From positions 3,949 to 67,948 of the forward strand of contig CAZKFF010000007.1 of the NCBI GenBank assembly GCA_964552045.1: DNA of 64,000 nt. Direction: 5' to 3'. Position 1 is the stretch's first letter; every line of letters starts with the position of its first letter. Under the pieces are notes generated by a model that was not told the origin of the DNA, made no database searches, and saw nothing but the letters and a program-made list of their open reading frames with translations. This document shows positions 16,842 through 25,564 of this stretch, one piece after another. A program made the position numbers and the translations under genes. The stretch comes from an uncultured Candidatus Saccharibacteria bacterium. Its GTDB lineage: Bacteria; Patescibacteriota; Minisyncoccia; Phycocordibacterales; UBA918.

Positions 16842-18020
16842 TTAATTAGAATCGGCGATCCAGCTGTCCAAGAAGAGTGCATTGAAATTGTAACCGGCGA
16901 ACGAGTATTGGAATACGACATTTTTCCCAAGAAGCGGCCGTACCTCAAGACGCGGATTCTTTCTTCCTTCGCCTTGCCGTTCCGGGTCGTTGATCGCCTG
17001 AACCGCATAGTAGGCGCCGTCAGGAGAGAATACCGGCCAATAGAACTGGATATTGTCCTGTTCAATTCTTCCGATCTCTTTCAAAGCAAAGGTCTCCCAC
17101 GATTCGATGTCATAGACCGCGATGACTCCGTTTCCTGGAATGGTCCATATCAGGTGTTTCTTGTCAGGAGAAACCTCCATCATGGCATTCACGAGGAACT
17201 GTCCTTCGCCCTCTGAGCCAAGCACCTTGACTTCCTCGCCTTCTCCGAGCGGGGCTGCGTACAGCCCGTCATGCTTTATATAGATGAGTGTTGTCCCATC
17301 CGGAGACCACTTTGGCTGTGATGCATCGGGGATAACCTTCACGATCTCGTCTGTCTCTGGGTCAACTATGACCGTTTCCCAGTTCTGTATCTGAATATTG
17401 TCGACGCTTCGAGCATGACTGTTCGATGTCCGGCTGAACGCGAGCAATGCTGCTTCGGGAGACCATGCGAGATAGCGTTCACCGGTGCTTGATGCGCTTT
17501 TGAGGTATTTGACTGTTTTCGCTTCTGCATCAACTGCATGGATGCCAAAACTATCCTCATAGACGAGCGGGAACTTTGAAACAGCCGAGACAAAGAATTC
17601 GCTCGGATCGAGCGGATCCTTGAACTCTGCAAGTGCGCTGATAGCGAAGAACGTCTCAAAGAGCTCAGGTTCTGATGAGGTACTTACATCCAACGCATGT
17701 ACCTGTATGGATGATGTGGAATTTGTTTTTCTTCCGCTGAAGATTATTTTTCCTGCAGGCGGCGTGTCCAGCATGACCTCGTCCTGCAAACCGCCCGCAT
17801 CACTGCCCGCAGGCACGGCCTCGGAATGAAGCACTTTGATCAGAGCCATGTCTGCTTCTGTAGGCTGATACTCCTGCGGGCCTGACGGAGCAGCATCGTT
17901 GTCTACGAGCGCAGTATATACGCCCGCGCAGACAGCGACGATCACAACAGCAACGACCACCATCCAATTGATCGCTGTACGTCCTTGAACCTGATCCTTA
18001 AAAGTGCCGTGTGTTTCCAT
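16842..18020 (-). CDS. TolB-like beta-propeller protein (PD40/WD40-like repeats), membrane-anchored
   Basis: N-terminal TM helix, then repeated (W/F)SPDG blades: WSPEAALLAF, WSPDGTTLIY, VSPDKKHLIW, FSPDGAYYAV. Start overlaps the stop of the upstream giant repeat protein. Confidence 0.7.
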   Translation of the reverse strand: METHGTFKDQVQGRTAINWMVVVAVVIVAVCAGVYTALVDNDAAPSGPQEYQPTEADMALIKVLHSEAVPAGSDAGGLQDEVMLDTPPAGKIIFSGRKTNSTSSIQVHALDVSTSSEPELFETFFAISALAEFKDPLDPSEFFVSAVSKFPLVYEDSFGIHAVDAEAKTVKYLKSASSTGERYLAWSPEAALLAFSRTSNSHARSVDNIQIQNWETVIVDPETDEIVKVIPDASQPKWSPDGTTLIYIKHDGLYAAPLGEGEEVKVLGSEGEGQFLVNAMMEVSPDKKHLIWTIPGNGVIAVYDIESWETFALKEIGRIEQDNIQFYWPVFSPDGAYYAVQAINDPERQGEGRKNPRLEVRPLLGKNVVFQYSFAGYNFNALFLDSWIADSN

Positions 18021-18021
18021 A

Positions 18022-20703
18022 CTACGATTTGTATACTCTCAAATTTTTAAGCAGCGTGCGGCTGTCCTTGTCCAGAGTCTTATACCAAGAGGCTCCCAGT
18101 TTTGTACGCAGTGCAGGCGACAGCTTCGTATAGAACCCGTGTGCCTTCAGCTGATACTGCCGCGTGTAACCGTCGCGTCGGGGTGCATCCTCCATCTCAA
18201 CAGCAATCGTGTCTCCCGGCTGAGTGTGGACGAACGTGTGGTTCTGCTCGGCGAGCTCGCGTGACACTTCCCTGTTCTCGCGCTCGTGATACATGCGCTT
18301 CACTGCAAGCGGGGTAAACGTCACATCCTTGGACTCTACCGGGTCTGCCGTAAAGAGGAACGCTGTGCGCACCTTGTGTTTCTTTGTTGCGCGGATGCGC
18401 ATGGTAAGGAACGCCCCCTGTGCGCGCTTGAGCACTTCTTTTGGTATACGGACCACTTCCTGAGACGCCTGCACATAGCGCGGGAAGAGTGTCTGCAGAT
18501 AGGTGATCTCGCCTCCTGCCTCTGCACTTATTACGAGGGACTTTGATGAGTAGCTGCCCTGAGCATAATACGAGCTCTGGGAGTAATAGGAACTCTGGCT
18601 GTAGTACGAGCTCTGGCTGTAATAACCCGATTGCACATATATTGGCGGATAACTGCCCTGGCTATATATAGGATCGTAACTGCTTTGCGTGTAATACCCG
18701 CTCTGGGTATATCCATACGCGCTTTGCGTGTATGGCGTATCCGCATAGGCAGTCTGCCCTAAGGCGAGACCAGATGCGAAGAGCAAACCCATTGCTGCAG
18801 CCGGTGCATTCTTCAGCAGCGTCTGGGAATGTATGTGAAGCTGTTCAAGGGCTGAGAATGGCACCTGATTACCGAGCGTCCAGTCACGGAAATGAGCATC
18901 GACCAGAAGCCACATATCCTCGGTTGGGATATCCTGTACCGGAATCTTGATGAGAAGCTCATCACCGGTATTGAGGGTGATATCCTTCCCGTCCTGTGTC
19001 GGTCCAAGCTGTGTGTATGCCACAGAGGTCGGCGTAAGTCGCGCAGTACGCGTATCGAAATAGTAAGTGCTCTGGGATGGATGCACCTCTGCTTTTTGTG
19101 TATCAAAAATATAGGTATCTTTGAGATTGCCATCAGTTACGGGGTGATGAGAAGCGGGGGTGTCAATAGCAATAAGAGCAAACGAGTCTATATAACTCTC
19201 TTCTGGCTCAACCTCCTTTATCTGCATGCGTATAAGGCCATTTTCACTGTGCGGCTCGTGTTTGAGGAGGTAGGTATCACCACCGATGCCCTGCGCATAT
19301 GCCTTTCTTCCCTCATGCTCGGTGTCGAAAGCGGTGTTCGGTTTTCCGAACAGGAAGTCATTTTCAAAGACGTATTCGCGGCCGTTCCATACCTTCAGGA
19401 ACGGTGTGGAGGTCGGAGTCGAGTATGAACCCTGCTCGTAATATCCGCTCTGGTTGTATATCGGATCATAGCTCGCTTCGCTGTATGTCGGAGTCGGATC
19501 CTCGTATACCAATTCGTAGTACCCTTCGGCATTCATGGTTACATTCTCCGATTTTTCCCAATGACCAGCGTAGTTGGTGCAGTCAACTTCATAGACCGGA
19601 ACACCACCTTCGGCAATGATCGCCTCATACTGTGCCTGATCCTCTTCGTCCATTCGATTGAAGACTTCAATATCACCGTTTACCAGAGCGAGGGTAGCAT
19701 CACCGAGTTGTAAAGAGTTATCAATAATGATCAATCCGTCATCCCCGCTGTCTGACTCAAGATAAAGATCATCCGCCGCTTGCGTGGCACTATACGAACC
19801 CTGCGCATAGGCATACCCATAGCTTCCCTGCGCATAGGCATAGGAACTCTGCGAATATCCGTAGGTGTAGCTTCCCTGTGCATAGGCATAGGAACTCTGC
19901 GAGTAACCGTATGTATAGCTTCCCTGTGCGTAATAGGAGCTCTGTGAATACCCGTAGGTGTAGCTTCCCTGCGCATAATAGCTACTTTGCGAGTAACCAT
20001 ATGTATAACTACCTTGGCTGTAGTAGGAACTTTGTGAATAATAACTGCCCTGTGAATATCCATAGCCGTAACTTCCCTGCGCATAGTAGGAGCTCTGCGC
20101 GTAGTAGGTGTAGCTTCCCTGCGCGTAATATGAACCCTGCGCATAACCATATGTATAGGAACCCTGGGAGTAGTACGAGCTTTGGCTGTAGTATGAGCTC
20201 TGAGAATAGTAGCTTCCCTGCGCGTAGTAGCTTCCCTGCGCGTAGTAGCTGCCTTGCGAGTAATACGAACCCTGGCTGTAGTAGGAATATGAACCCTGGG
20301 AATAGTAGCTTCCCTGTGCATAATAAGAACCCTGGCTGTAGTAGGAATATGAACCCTGGGAATAGTAGGAACCCTGTGAGTAGTATGAACCTTGGGAATA
20401 GTACGAACCCTGTGAGTAGTATGAACTCTGGGAATAGTAGGAACCCTGTGAGTAGTATGAACCCTGCGAGTAGTATGAACCTTGAGAATAATAGCTGCCT
20501 TGGCTGTAGTACGAACCCTGTGAGTAGTATGAACCCTGGCTGTAGCCGTAGAGCATCAGGAACACGGACTGCAGGATCGTTGAGACGCTTTCGGTGTCCC
20601 CCAAAAGGGTCGAATAGACATACCCAACAGCGAGGAGCAAAAGCTGCAGTTTGTTCCTGGACACATAATCGAACGCACGTGATACGTTCAGTACCGTAAA
20701 CAT
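18022..20703 (-). CDS. Giant exported Tyr/Ser/Gln/Gly-rich low-complexity repeat protein (SYYSQG-type repeats)
   Basis: About 890 aa. N-terminal hydrophobic segment (LQLLLLAVGYVYSTLLG). About 265 aa of (S/A)YY(S/A)QG(S)Y repeats. A 350-aa non-repetitive middle domain. An internal signal-peptide-like stretch AAAMGLLFASGLALGQTAYA. A second 65-aa repeat block. A 155-aa basic C-terminal domain. Internal ATG at 20703 taken as start. Confidence 0.75.
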   Translation of the reverse strand: MFTVLNVSRAFDYVSRNKLQLLLLAVGYVYSTLLGDTESVSTILQSVFLMLYGYSQGSYYSQGSYYSQGSYYSQGSYYSQGSYYSQGSYYSQSSYYSQGSYYSQGSYYSQGSYYSQGSYSYYSQGSYYAQGSYYSQGSYSYYSQGSYYSQGSYYAQGSYYAQGSYYSQSSYYSQSSYYSQGSYTYGYAQGSYYAQGSYTYYAQSSYYAQGSYGYGYSQGSYYSQSSYYSQGSYTYGYSQSSYYAQGSYTYGYSQSSYYAQGSYTYGYSQSSYAYAQGSYTYGYSQSSYAYAQGSYGYAYAQGSYSATQAADDLYLESDSGDDGLIIIDNSLQLGDATLALVNGDIEVFNRMDEEDQAQYEAIIAEGGVPVYEVDCTNYAGHWEKSENVTMNAEGYYELVYEDPTPTYSEASYDPIYNQSGYYEQGSYSTPTSTPFLKVWNGREYVFENDFLFGKPNTAFDTEHEGRKAYAQGIGGDTYLLKHEPHSENGLIRMQIKEVEPEESYIDSFALIAIDTPASHHPVTDGNLKDTYIFDTQKAEVHPSQSTYYFDTRTARLTPTSVAYTQLGPTQDGKDITLNTGDELLIKIPVQDIPTEDMWLLVDAHFRDWTLGNQVPFSALEQLHIHSQTLLKNAPAAAMGLLFASGLALGQTAYADTPYTQSAYGYTQSGYYTQSSYDPIYSQGSYPPIYVQSGYYSQSSYYSQSSYYSQSSYYAQGSYSSKSLVISAEAGGEITYLQTLFPRYVQASQEVVRIPKEVLKRAQGAFLTMRIRATKKHKVRTAFLFTADPVESKDVTFTPLAVKRMYHERENREVSRELAEQNHTFVHTQPGDTIAVEMEDAPRRDGYTRQYQLKAHGFYTKLSPALRTKLGASWYKTLDKDSRTLLKNLRVYKS
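18507..18740 (-). repeat. Coding tandem repeat block 2 (degenerate 18-nt units encoding YSQxSY)
   Basis: Recurrent (a/g)ctctgg(g/c)(a/t)gta(a/g)ta(g/c)ga units seen directly in the sequence, within the giant ORF. Confidence 0.7.
19746..20541 (-). repeat. Coding tandem repeat block 1 (about 45 degenerate 15-18-nt units encoding SYYSQG / SYTYGY)
   Basis: Long run of near-identical units, e.g. tagtaggaaccctgtgagtagtatgaaccctg...; all three forward and reverse frames are open here, giving spurious overlapping ORFs. Confidence 0.8.
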
Positions 20704-20807
20704 ATGTATGATTATATATTCATTGGCTCTTCCGCTTGGTGCAAGGGTGTTGACAAGTTTGTGGGAGTGCGCTGCATGTCCGAAAAACACGGTGCGCCGC
20801 ATCAGCG

Positions 20808-21884
20808 CTAGAGCGCGGCAATCTCAAAGCAATAGGCCTTATGTTCCTCATTATCAAACCACGAACAGAACGGATCGAAGGAGACCGAATGGTCATGCAT
20901 CTGTGTTTTGAAGAAACTGTCATGGAATGAACGGATATATGTCCTGGTCAGTTCGTCCGAGAATGACCGGACAATAGGCAGCGGAGTTACGTCTTCGCCT
21001 TTTCCAAGCATAAAGTCTGCAGCAGCAGTTGCTACGCTTTCTACACAGCCTTTCTGCACGGTCGAAGCGATAGCCGGCGCGATACACAGCGCAAGTGCCT
21101 CCTCGATCTCACTTTCCTGCGCTGTTGTGCTCAGACCCAAGCCATTGAGCTCCTTCGCGCAATATCCCTGCAGTTCTTCTGCCAATGAGCTGCAGAAAGA
21201 AAGGAGGTCTCCAGCACTGCTTCCTGCCTTGTGTTGTTGGTCTGCGTGCTCGCTGAATACTCCCCGATAACAGCTTGCGTGAGTAATTGTATCGTCATAG
21301 GTAAGCAGATCGCACTGCTTGAGCGCTTCGAGCGGATCGCGCGTATTTTCCATGAACGAGTGCCCAGCGCCGTGATAGCAGCCCTGATAGTACGGATCCA
21401 GAGGCATGGCAAGCTTGCAGAACTCATAGAGCTTTTCAACGTTCTGTGGGTACGGCTCATTGGCAAGCTGGCCTTCCACCCCATGCATGAAGCCGCTTCC
21501 GCAGAAATCAAGATTCTCTTTGGAAAGAAAATCATGCACTTGTCCGTAATTCTCGCCATAGCCGCCATAGTGTCCGATCACATGAGCGAGCGAATGGCAG
21601 TCGAACATATCGATCTGGCCCTCGACCAGCGCCTGGGTGACCTGATCAATCATTCCATTTATCCCATCATGCTTGAAGAGCACATCGATCTTTTTTTCAA
21701 AATAGCGCTGATATTCAAGATTGCGGAGCTGACTCAGATCGCGTTGCGCCTCTTCGTACGCCGGATCAGACCGCCAGCCCTGTGGCGCGAAGGTCAACAA
21801 CAAAGCCCCGCACAGCACGAGCGCTGCAGTCCCTCCCAGAAAAAGTAATGATATGGTTTTTCTCTGCATGCTCCTGAACATCAC
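20808..21884 (-). CDS. Exported Cys/His-rich repeat-domain protein, family B (paralog 1)
   Basis: TM anchor, then motif triad CHSLAHVIGH / CGSGFMHGVEG / CYHGAGHSFME and about 14 Cys. Module B only. Confidence 0.7.
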   Translation of the reverse strand: MMFRSMQRKTISLLFLGGTAALVLCGALLLTFAPQGWRSDPAYEEAQRDLSQLRNLEYQRYFEKKIDVLFKHDGINGMIDQVTQALVEGQIDMFDCHSLAHVIGHYGGYGENYGQVHDFLSKENLDFCGSGFMHGVEGQLANEPYPQNVEKLYEFCKLAMPLDPYYQGCYHGAGHSFMENTRDPLEALKQCDLLTYDDTITHASCYRGVFSEHADQQHKAGSSAGDLLSFCSSLAEELQGYCAKELNGLGLSTTAQESEIEEALALCIAPAIASTVQKGCVESVATAAADFMLGKGEDVTPLPIVRSFSDELTRTYIRSFHDSFFKTQMHDHSVSFDPFCSWFDNEEHKAYCFEIAAL

Positions 21885-21891
21885 GTGCGTG

Positions 21892-22293
21892 TTATGAACC
21901 GGTTACGGTTATGGTTCCCGTCTTGTTTGCGCGGATGTGGTCGTGATACTTCCATACGCCTACCTTGTCGAATTTGAATGACCACTCATCGCCGGGCGCT
22001 ATAGGAGTCAGCGGATCGAACTCAGGATAGACGCCATGCGTAGGATGCAGATCAGAAGCCGGCCAGTGGAATTCCCCGGACTCATTCACCCAGGTGACCA
22101 CGTCTCCCTGATGTATGGTCACTTCCTTCGGCTCATATCCTGATTCAGTTCGGGTTATGACAACCGCAGGCTCCCCTAGGTTTTGCACTACTGGAGCAAC
22201 TTCGGCGTCCCGATTCTGGAGTAGCAGATAGAGCGCTCCTCCGGCGAGAACAGCAGCAATAATAAGTGCAGCGATAATGAGCTTTTTGTCCAT
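21892..22293 (-). CDS. Membrane-anchored Cys-less cupredoxin-like domain protein, family C (paralog 1)
   Basis: TM anchor plus a single domain VTIHQGDVVTWVNESGEFHWPASDLHPTHGVYPEFDPLTPIAPGDEWSFKFDKVGVWKYHDHIRANKTGTITV. Confidence 0.7.
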   Translation of the reverse strand: MDKKLIIAALIIAAVLAGGALYLLLQNRDAEVAPVVQNLGEPAVVITRTESGYEPKEVTIHQGDVVTWVNESGEFHWPASDLHPTHGVYPEFDPLTPIAPGDEWSFKFDKVGVWKYHDHIRANKTGTITVTGS

Positions 22294-22296
22294 ATG

Positions 22297-22821
22297 TTAT
22301 ATGTTCTTATTTTTTCGGGGAATAAAAAGTGCCACAGCGATGCCAATCATGAGACCCGAGAGGCCAAACAACGCATAGAGTATCCTCGGGTCGACGCCGC
22401 TTTTCTCCTCTAGTGGCGGCAATATCTCGATCGGAAATTCTGTTGCCACTACAGCTTCACCTTCTTTTTGGAAGCGTGCAGTAAGTACGTAACTTCCCTG
22501 CTCGGGAAACACGAAAGTGAATCCGGTTGCGCCGAACACCGGCTTGCTGATGCCACCTGCAAAGAATATTTTCTTATCCTTGGTCAGCGTCACCCAGACA
22601 TCCTCGAATACCTCTCCTTCCACAGCATCAGTATTCTCGGGATAGATGGCAAAATCGAACCGCACTGATTCGTTCTCCGCGATGAACTCATCGTATCCGA
22701 TGTCGATCTTGTATCCGTCCTTGATCTCTTCATGCGAAAAGCTCGAGCCGTGTGCGCCTGCAAAAAAAGGGACGCTAACGGCGAGAACACTGACGAACAA
22801 ACTGATAATTATATGCTTCAT
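22297..22821 (-). CDS. Hypothetical exported protein with C-terminal TM anchor and basic tail
   Basis: Signal peptide MKHIIISLFVSVLAVSVPFFAGAHG, soluble domain, and C-terminal ILYALFGLSGLMIGIAVALFIPRKNKNI (hydrophobic segment plus basic tail, sorting-signal-like). Embedded in the paralog array. Confidence 0.5.
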   Translation of the reverse strand: MKHIIISLFVSVLAVSVPFFAGAHGSSFSHEEIKDGYKIDIGYDEFIAENESVRFDFAIYPENTDAVEGEVFEDVWVTLTKDKKIFFAGGISKPVFGATGFTFVFPEQGSYVLTARFQKEGEAVVATEFPIEILPPLEEKSGVDPRILYALFGLSGLMIGIAVALFIPRKNKNI

Positions 22822-22839
22822 ATCGGGATTATAGCACTG

Positions 22840-24060
22840 TTAATGTCCTGCACGGCACGTCTGTCCCCATGCTGTCGGCAATGTGGAACACAGTTCCTCA
22901 AATGCGGGGGAATTAGGATGGAAGTTGAATGAAGCAACCCGCGCAAGGAAGCTGTAACATTCATCCTGTGCCGCTTTTTCCTGCGCCCGGCTGCACATAT
23001 CCACCGCCGCGCTGACCAGACCCGGGTCTTCTTCAGGGAAGGCATTCGCACTGCGCGCGAAACACGTGCCCATATATTCGCTTGGCAGGCCGTTGCAGGT
23101 TGCGGCCATCTTGTCTGCATCGCCGAGGTTGTGCCGTCCATTTATCGTGAATGCGGACACGAAGCACAGCGACCGATCTTGGTTTTCGCTCAGAGCCGAA
23201 CAGTAATTGATGACACCCTCGCTTGTATAGATATCATTGCCGAACAGCGGCCAGGCTTCCCGCCAGCAGGCGCCGTATTGTTGATCGGTCGCGCTGTTCT
23301 CCGTACAGAATGTCTCAAGAGTTTCGCGGGTCGGCGCACCGTCAGGAAGCATATCCACCAGAGCAAAATCTTCTGGTTCGAGCGGCTGGAAAAGCTGCAT
23401 ATATACGCCTTCAGTGCACAGCTTGCGATAGTCGCGGCCGTCTGCTTTCAGGCCGACCACCTCGCATCCTTCAAGCGACTGCTGCACGTCAGCGAGCGTC
23501 ATATGGATGAGCACATGCCCTATCCCGTGGTAGCAGATCGCTTTGGTGAGGTCGGTAGGATTCCAGCCTTCGCGTTCCTCGCAGGCGATGGAAAGGTCTC
23601 CAAGCGCATACTCGAACTCTTCGTCGCTTAAATCTTCATCGTTAAAACGGGCGACCAACGCTCCATGCGCATAGCCGTTGGAGCACAGACCGTCGGTCGG
23701 CCCTTTAGCGACCACGTCAAGCCATTTGTCTGGATCAAGCGATACTTCATAGTTCCCGAGCTCATGCGCGAGCACATGGCAGTACAGATATTCCGGATCA
23801 TCGCGGCGTATTTGCCGCACCACATCGAATATTCTCTCGGTGGGCATCTCACTGACGAGTTTCGGCACCTCGGTCTCATAGCACGTCGGGCGGTATGGTG
23901 CATCTGCGCACTTCTCCACCATCATGTGCGCATACGCTTCAATACTCTGCGACGACTGTGTGTGTCCGGTGCTCTTGAAGTAGTTATAGCTGAAGACCCC
24001 GGCTGCGATGAGAACTGCGAGGACTATTGCACTGATGATTAATTTATGAGTGTATGCCAT
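22840..24060 (-). CDS. Exported Cys/His-rich repeat-domain protein, family B (paralog 2)
   Basis: TM anchor. CHVLAHELGN / CSNGYAHGALV / CYHGIGHVLIHM. Internal ATG (MAYTHK...) chosen to avoid overlap with the upstream gene. Confidence 0.65.
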   Translation of the reverse strand: MAYTHKLIISAIVLAVLIAAGVFSYNYFKSTGHTQSSQSIEAYAHMMVEKCADAPYRPTCYETEVPKLVSEMPTERIFDVVRQIRRDDPEYLYCHVLAHELGNYEVSLDPDKWLDVVAKGPTDGLCSNGYAHGALVARFNDEDLSDEEFEYALGDLSIACEEREGWNPTDLTKAICYHGIGHVLIHMTLADVQQSLEGCEVVGLKADGRDYRKLCTEGVYMQLFQPLEPEDFALVDMLPDGAPTRETLETFCTENSATDQQYGACWREAWPLFGNDIYTSEGVINYCSALSENQDRSLCFVSAFTINGRHNLGDADKMAATCNGLPSEYMGTCFARSANAFPEEDPGLVSAAVDMCSRAQEKAAQDECYSFLARVASFNFHPNSPAFEELCSTLPTAWGQTCRAGH

Positions 24061-24070
24061 ATATGCCTGG

Positions 24071-25564
24071 TTATAGTAAACAATACTTATTTCTGTATTC
24101 TGCTGCAACCTGGTCGCAGATCATTTGTGTAGTCTCCTGATCGTAGCGCGAACCCATCCGCGGCAGCGTGTAGCTGTAGCAGCTGTCGCGCTCTTCTGGG
24201 GTAAGCTCAGGCAGTTCGCAGAAAGCAAGATTCTGGATGTACTCAATGCCCGGCTCCCCGTACTTGATGTGTCCCCCTGAAAGCCCCTCAATGCACGGCA
24301 GGTGGTCCTCCTGCGGGAATGACCGGCAGAGTGCTATGCCCGTCTGCGCATAGTCAGGCTTCTCGCCATACACGCGGATGTACTCGAACATGAGGCCGAG
24401 CGTGACCATGTCGTTGATGGTGTGGCCGTCGATTGCTGTCTCATTGTTGTCGATCATGTGTTCGTTTATGTACGCAGCAGCCTTTTTGAAGTCGTCATCG
24501 GTGAGGTCGAGCACCACCGGGATCATATTGCTGTAGCATGCTTCACGCCGGGCGAGCGTCTGCTTATTGCAGAATTCAAACGGATGCTGCCGCAGCTCCG
24601 TTATTTGGTACTTCGGGTCCATTGCAAGTATCTCGATGGCGTTGAACACCCCCGTTTCGCAGAGATACGTCTCTAGCTCATTCTGCGCCAAAAGGCCGCA
24701 CACCTTGAAACCGGGTTCCATCATGGCATTGGGATTCCCCCATGTGGTCGGATCACTGCCGTCAATGGCTCCATGCCCCGTCCCATGGAAGCAGGCAGTT
24801 GCCGCTGCTGATGCTTTGCCGCGGAGTTTCTCGTCAACCACCCTGCAGAATTCGCGCGCCTCATCAATGTCGCCGGTAGTGAGGAGAAGCTGCTCCATGA
24901 AGCCGTGATAAAAACCATATCCGCATAGTGCTGTGGCAGGGGTGAGGTCGAAATTACGATGTTCGGCATAGAGCTCATAGGCTTTTTCTCCGATGAGGTG
25001 ACTGTACCCATGGCAATCGTTGAGGAACAACGGCTCGGTCTCCGAGAGGTAAAGCACCTGGTTGAGTGCTGCCTCAACGCCATCGCGGTCAAGCGTATCA
25101 AGCATCATCTTTTCCCAGCACTGAACCGTCCGTTCCTGCGTGCAATCGACAACAACATGCGTGCCGTCTTGTCGTTCAACGAGTATCTCCCCCTCGAAAT
25201 TCGAAGCGATATGGTCGTGGTAGAGGTAGGTGCCCGGTTTATCGAACGTGAATTCCCACGTCTCATCTGCAGGTACCGGCTGCTTCGGATCGAATGCGGG
25301 AAATGCGGTATGCGTTGGATGCACGTTTGATGCCGGCCAGAACGGCCTGTTCACTGTAGCCCTGAAGACCACCGTATCCCCTGCCTGAATGGTGAGCTTC
25401 TGCGGATGGAAGCCGTCGTCTTTGAGGACCACCTCGTAGCGGGTCTTATTAAAGAGATCCGGGATTGGGATCAGGTCAAAGAAGAGCGCTGCAGCAGCGC
25501 CAGCTGTGACAATGCCCACGAGCGTCCCCGCTATCCATATTCTTTTGTATTTCAAAAACTGCAT
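24071..25564 (-). CDS. Exported two-module protein, family A (paralog 2): cupredoxin-like plus Cys/His repeat domain
   Basis: TM anchor. RPFWPASNVHPTHTAFPAFD...YLYHDHIASNFEGEILV, then CHGYSHLIGE / CGYGFYHGFMEQL / CFHGTGHGAIDG. Confidence 0.7.
   Translation of the reverse strand: MQFLKYKRIWIAGTLVGIVTAGAAAALFFDLIPIPDLFNKTRYEVVLKDDGFHPQKLTIQAGDTVVFRATVNRPFWPASNVHPTHTAFPAFDPKQPVPADETWEFTFDKPGTYLYHDHIASNFEGEILVERQDGTHVVVDCTQERTVQCWEKMMLDTLDRDGVEAALNQVLYLSETEPLFLNDCHGYSHLIGEKAYELYAEHRNFDLTPATALCGYGFYHGFMEQLLLTTGDIDEAREFCRVVDEKLRGKASAAATACFHGTGHGAIDGSDPTTWGNPNAMMEPGFKVCGLLAQNELETYLCETGVFNAIEILAMDPKYQITELRQHPFEFCNKQTLARREACYSNMIPVVLDLTDDDFKKAAAYINEHMIDNNETAIDGHTINDMVTLGLMFEYIRVYGEKPDYAQTGIALCRSFPQEDHLPCIEGLSGGHIKYGEPGIEYIQNLAFCELPELTPEERDSCYSYTLPRMGSRYDQETTQMICDQVAAEYRNKYCLL

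Noticed and set aside
18507-20541. CRISPR array
   Set aside because: The only extensive short tandem repeats in the window are in-frame coding repeats (18-nt period, no unique spacers) inside one long ORF. No cas genes are present.
19731-20699. ORFs 19731..20321 (-) and 19878..20699 (+) (196 and 273 aa, Arg/Thr- or Ser/Asn-rich)
   Set aside because: These are alternative-frame and antisense readings of the 18-nt tandem repeats inside the giant SYYSQG gene. All frames are open across a perfect repeat, so they are not independent genes.
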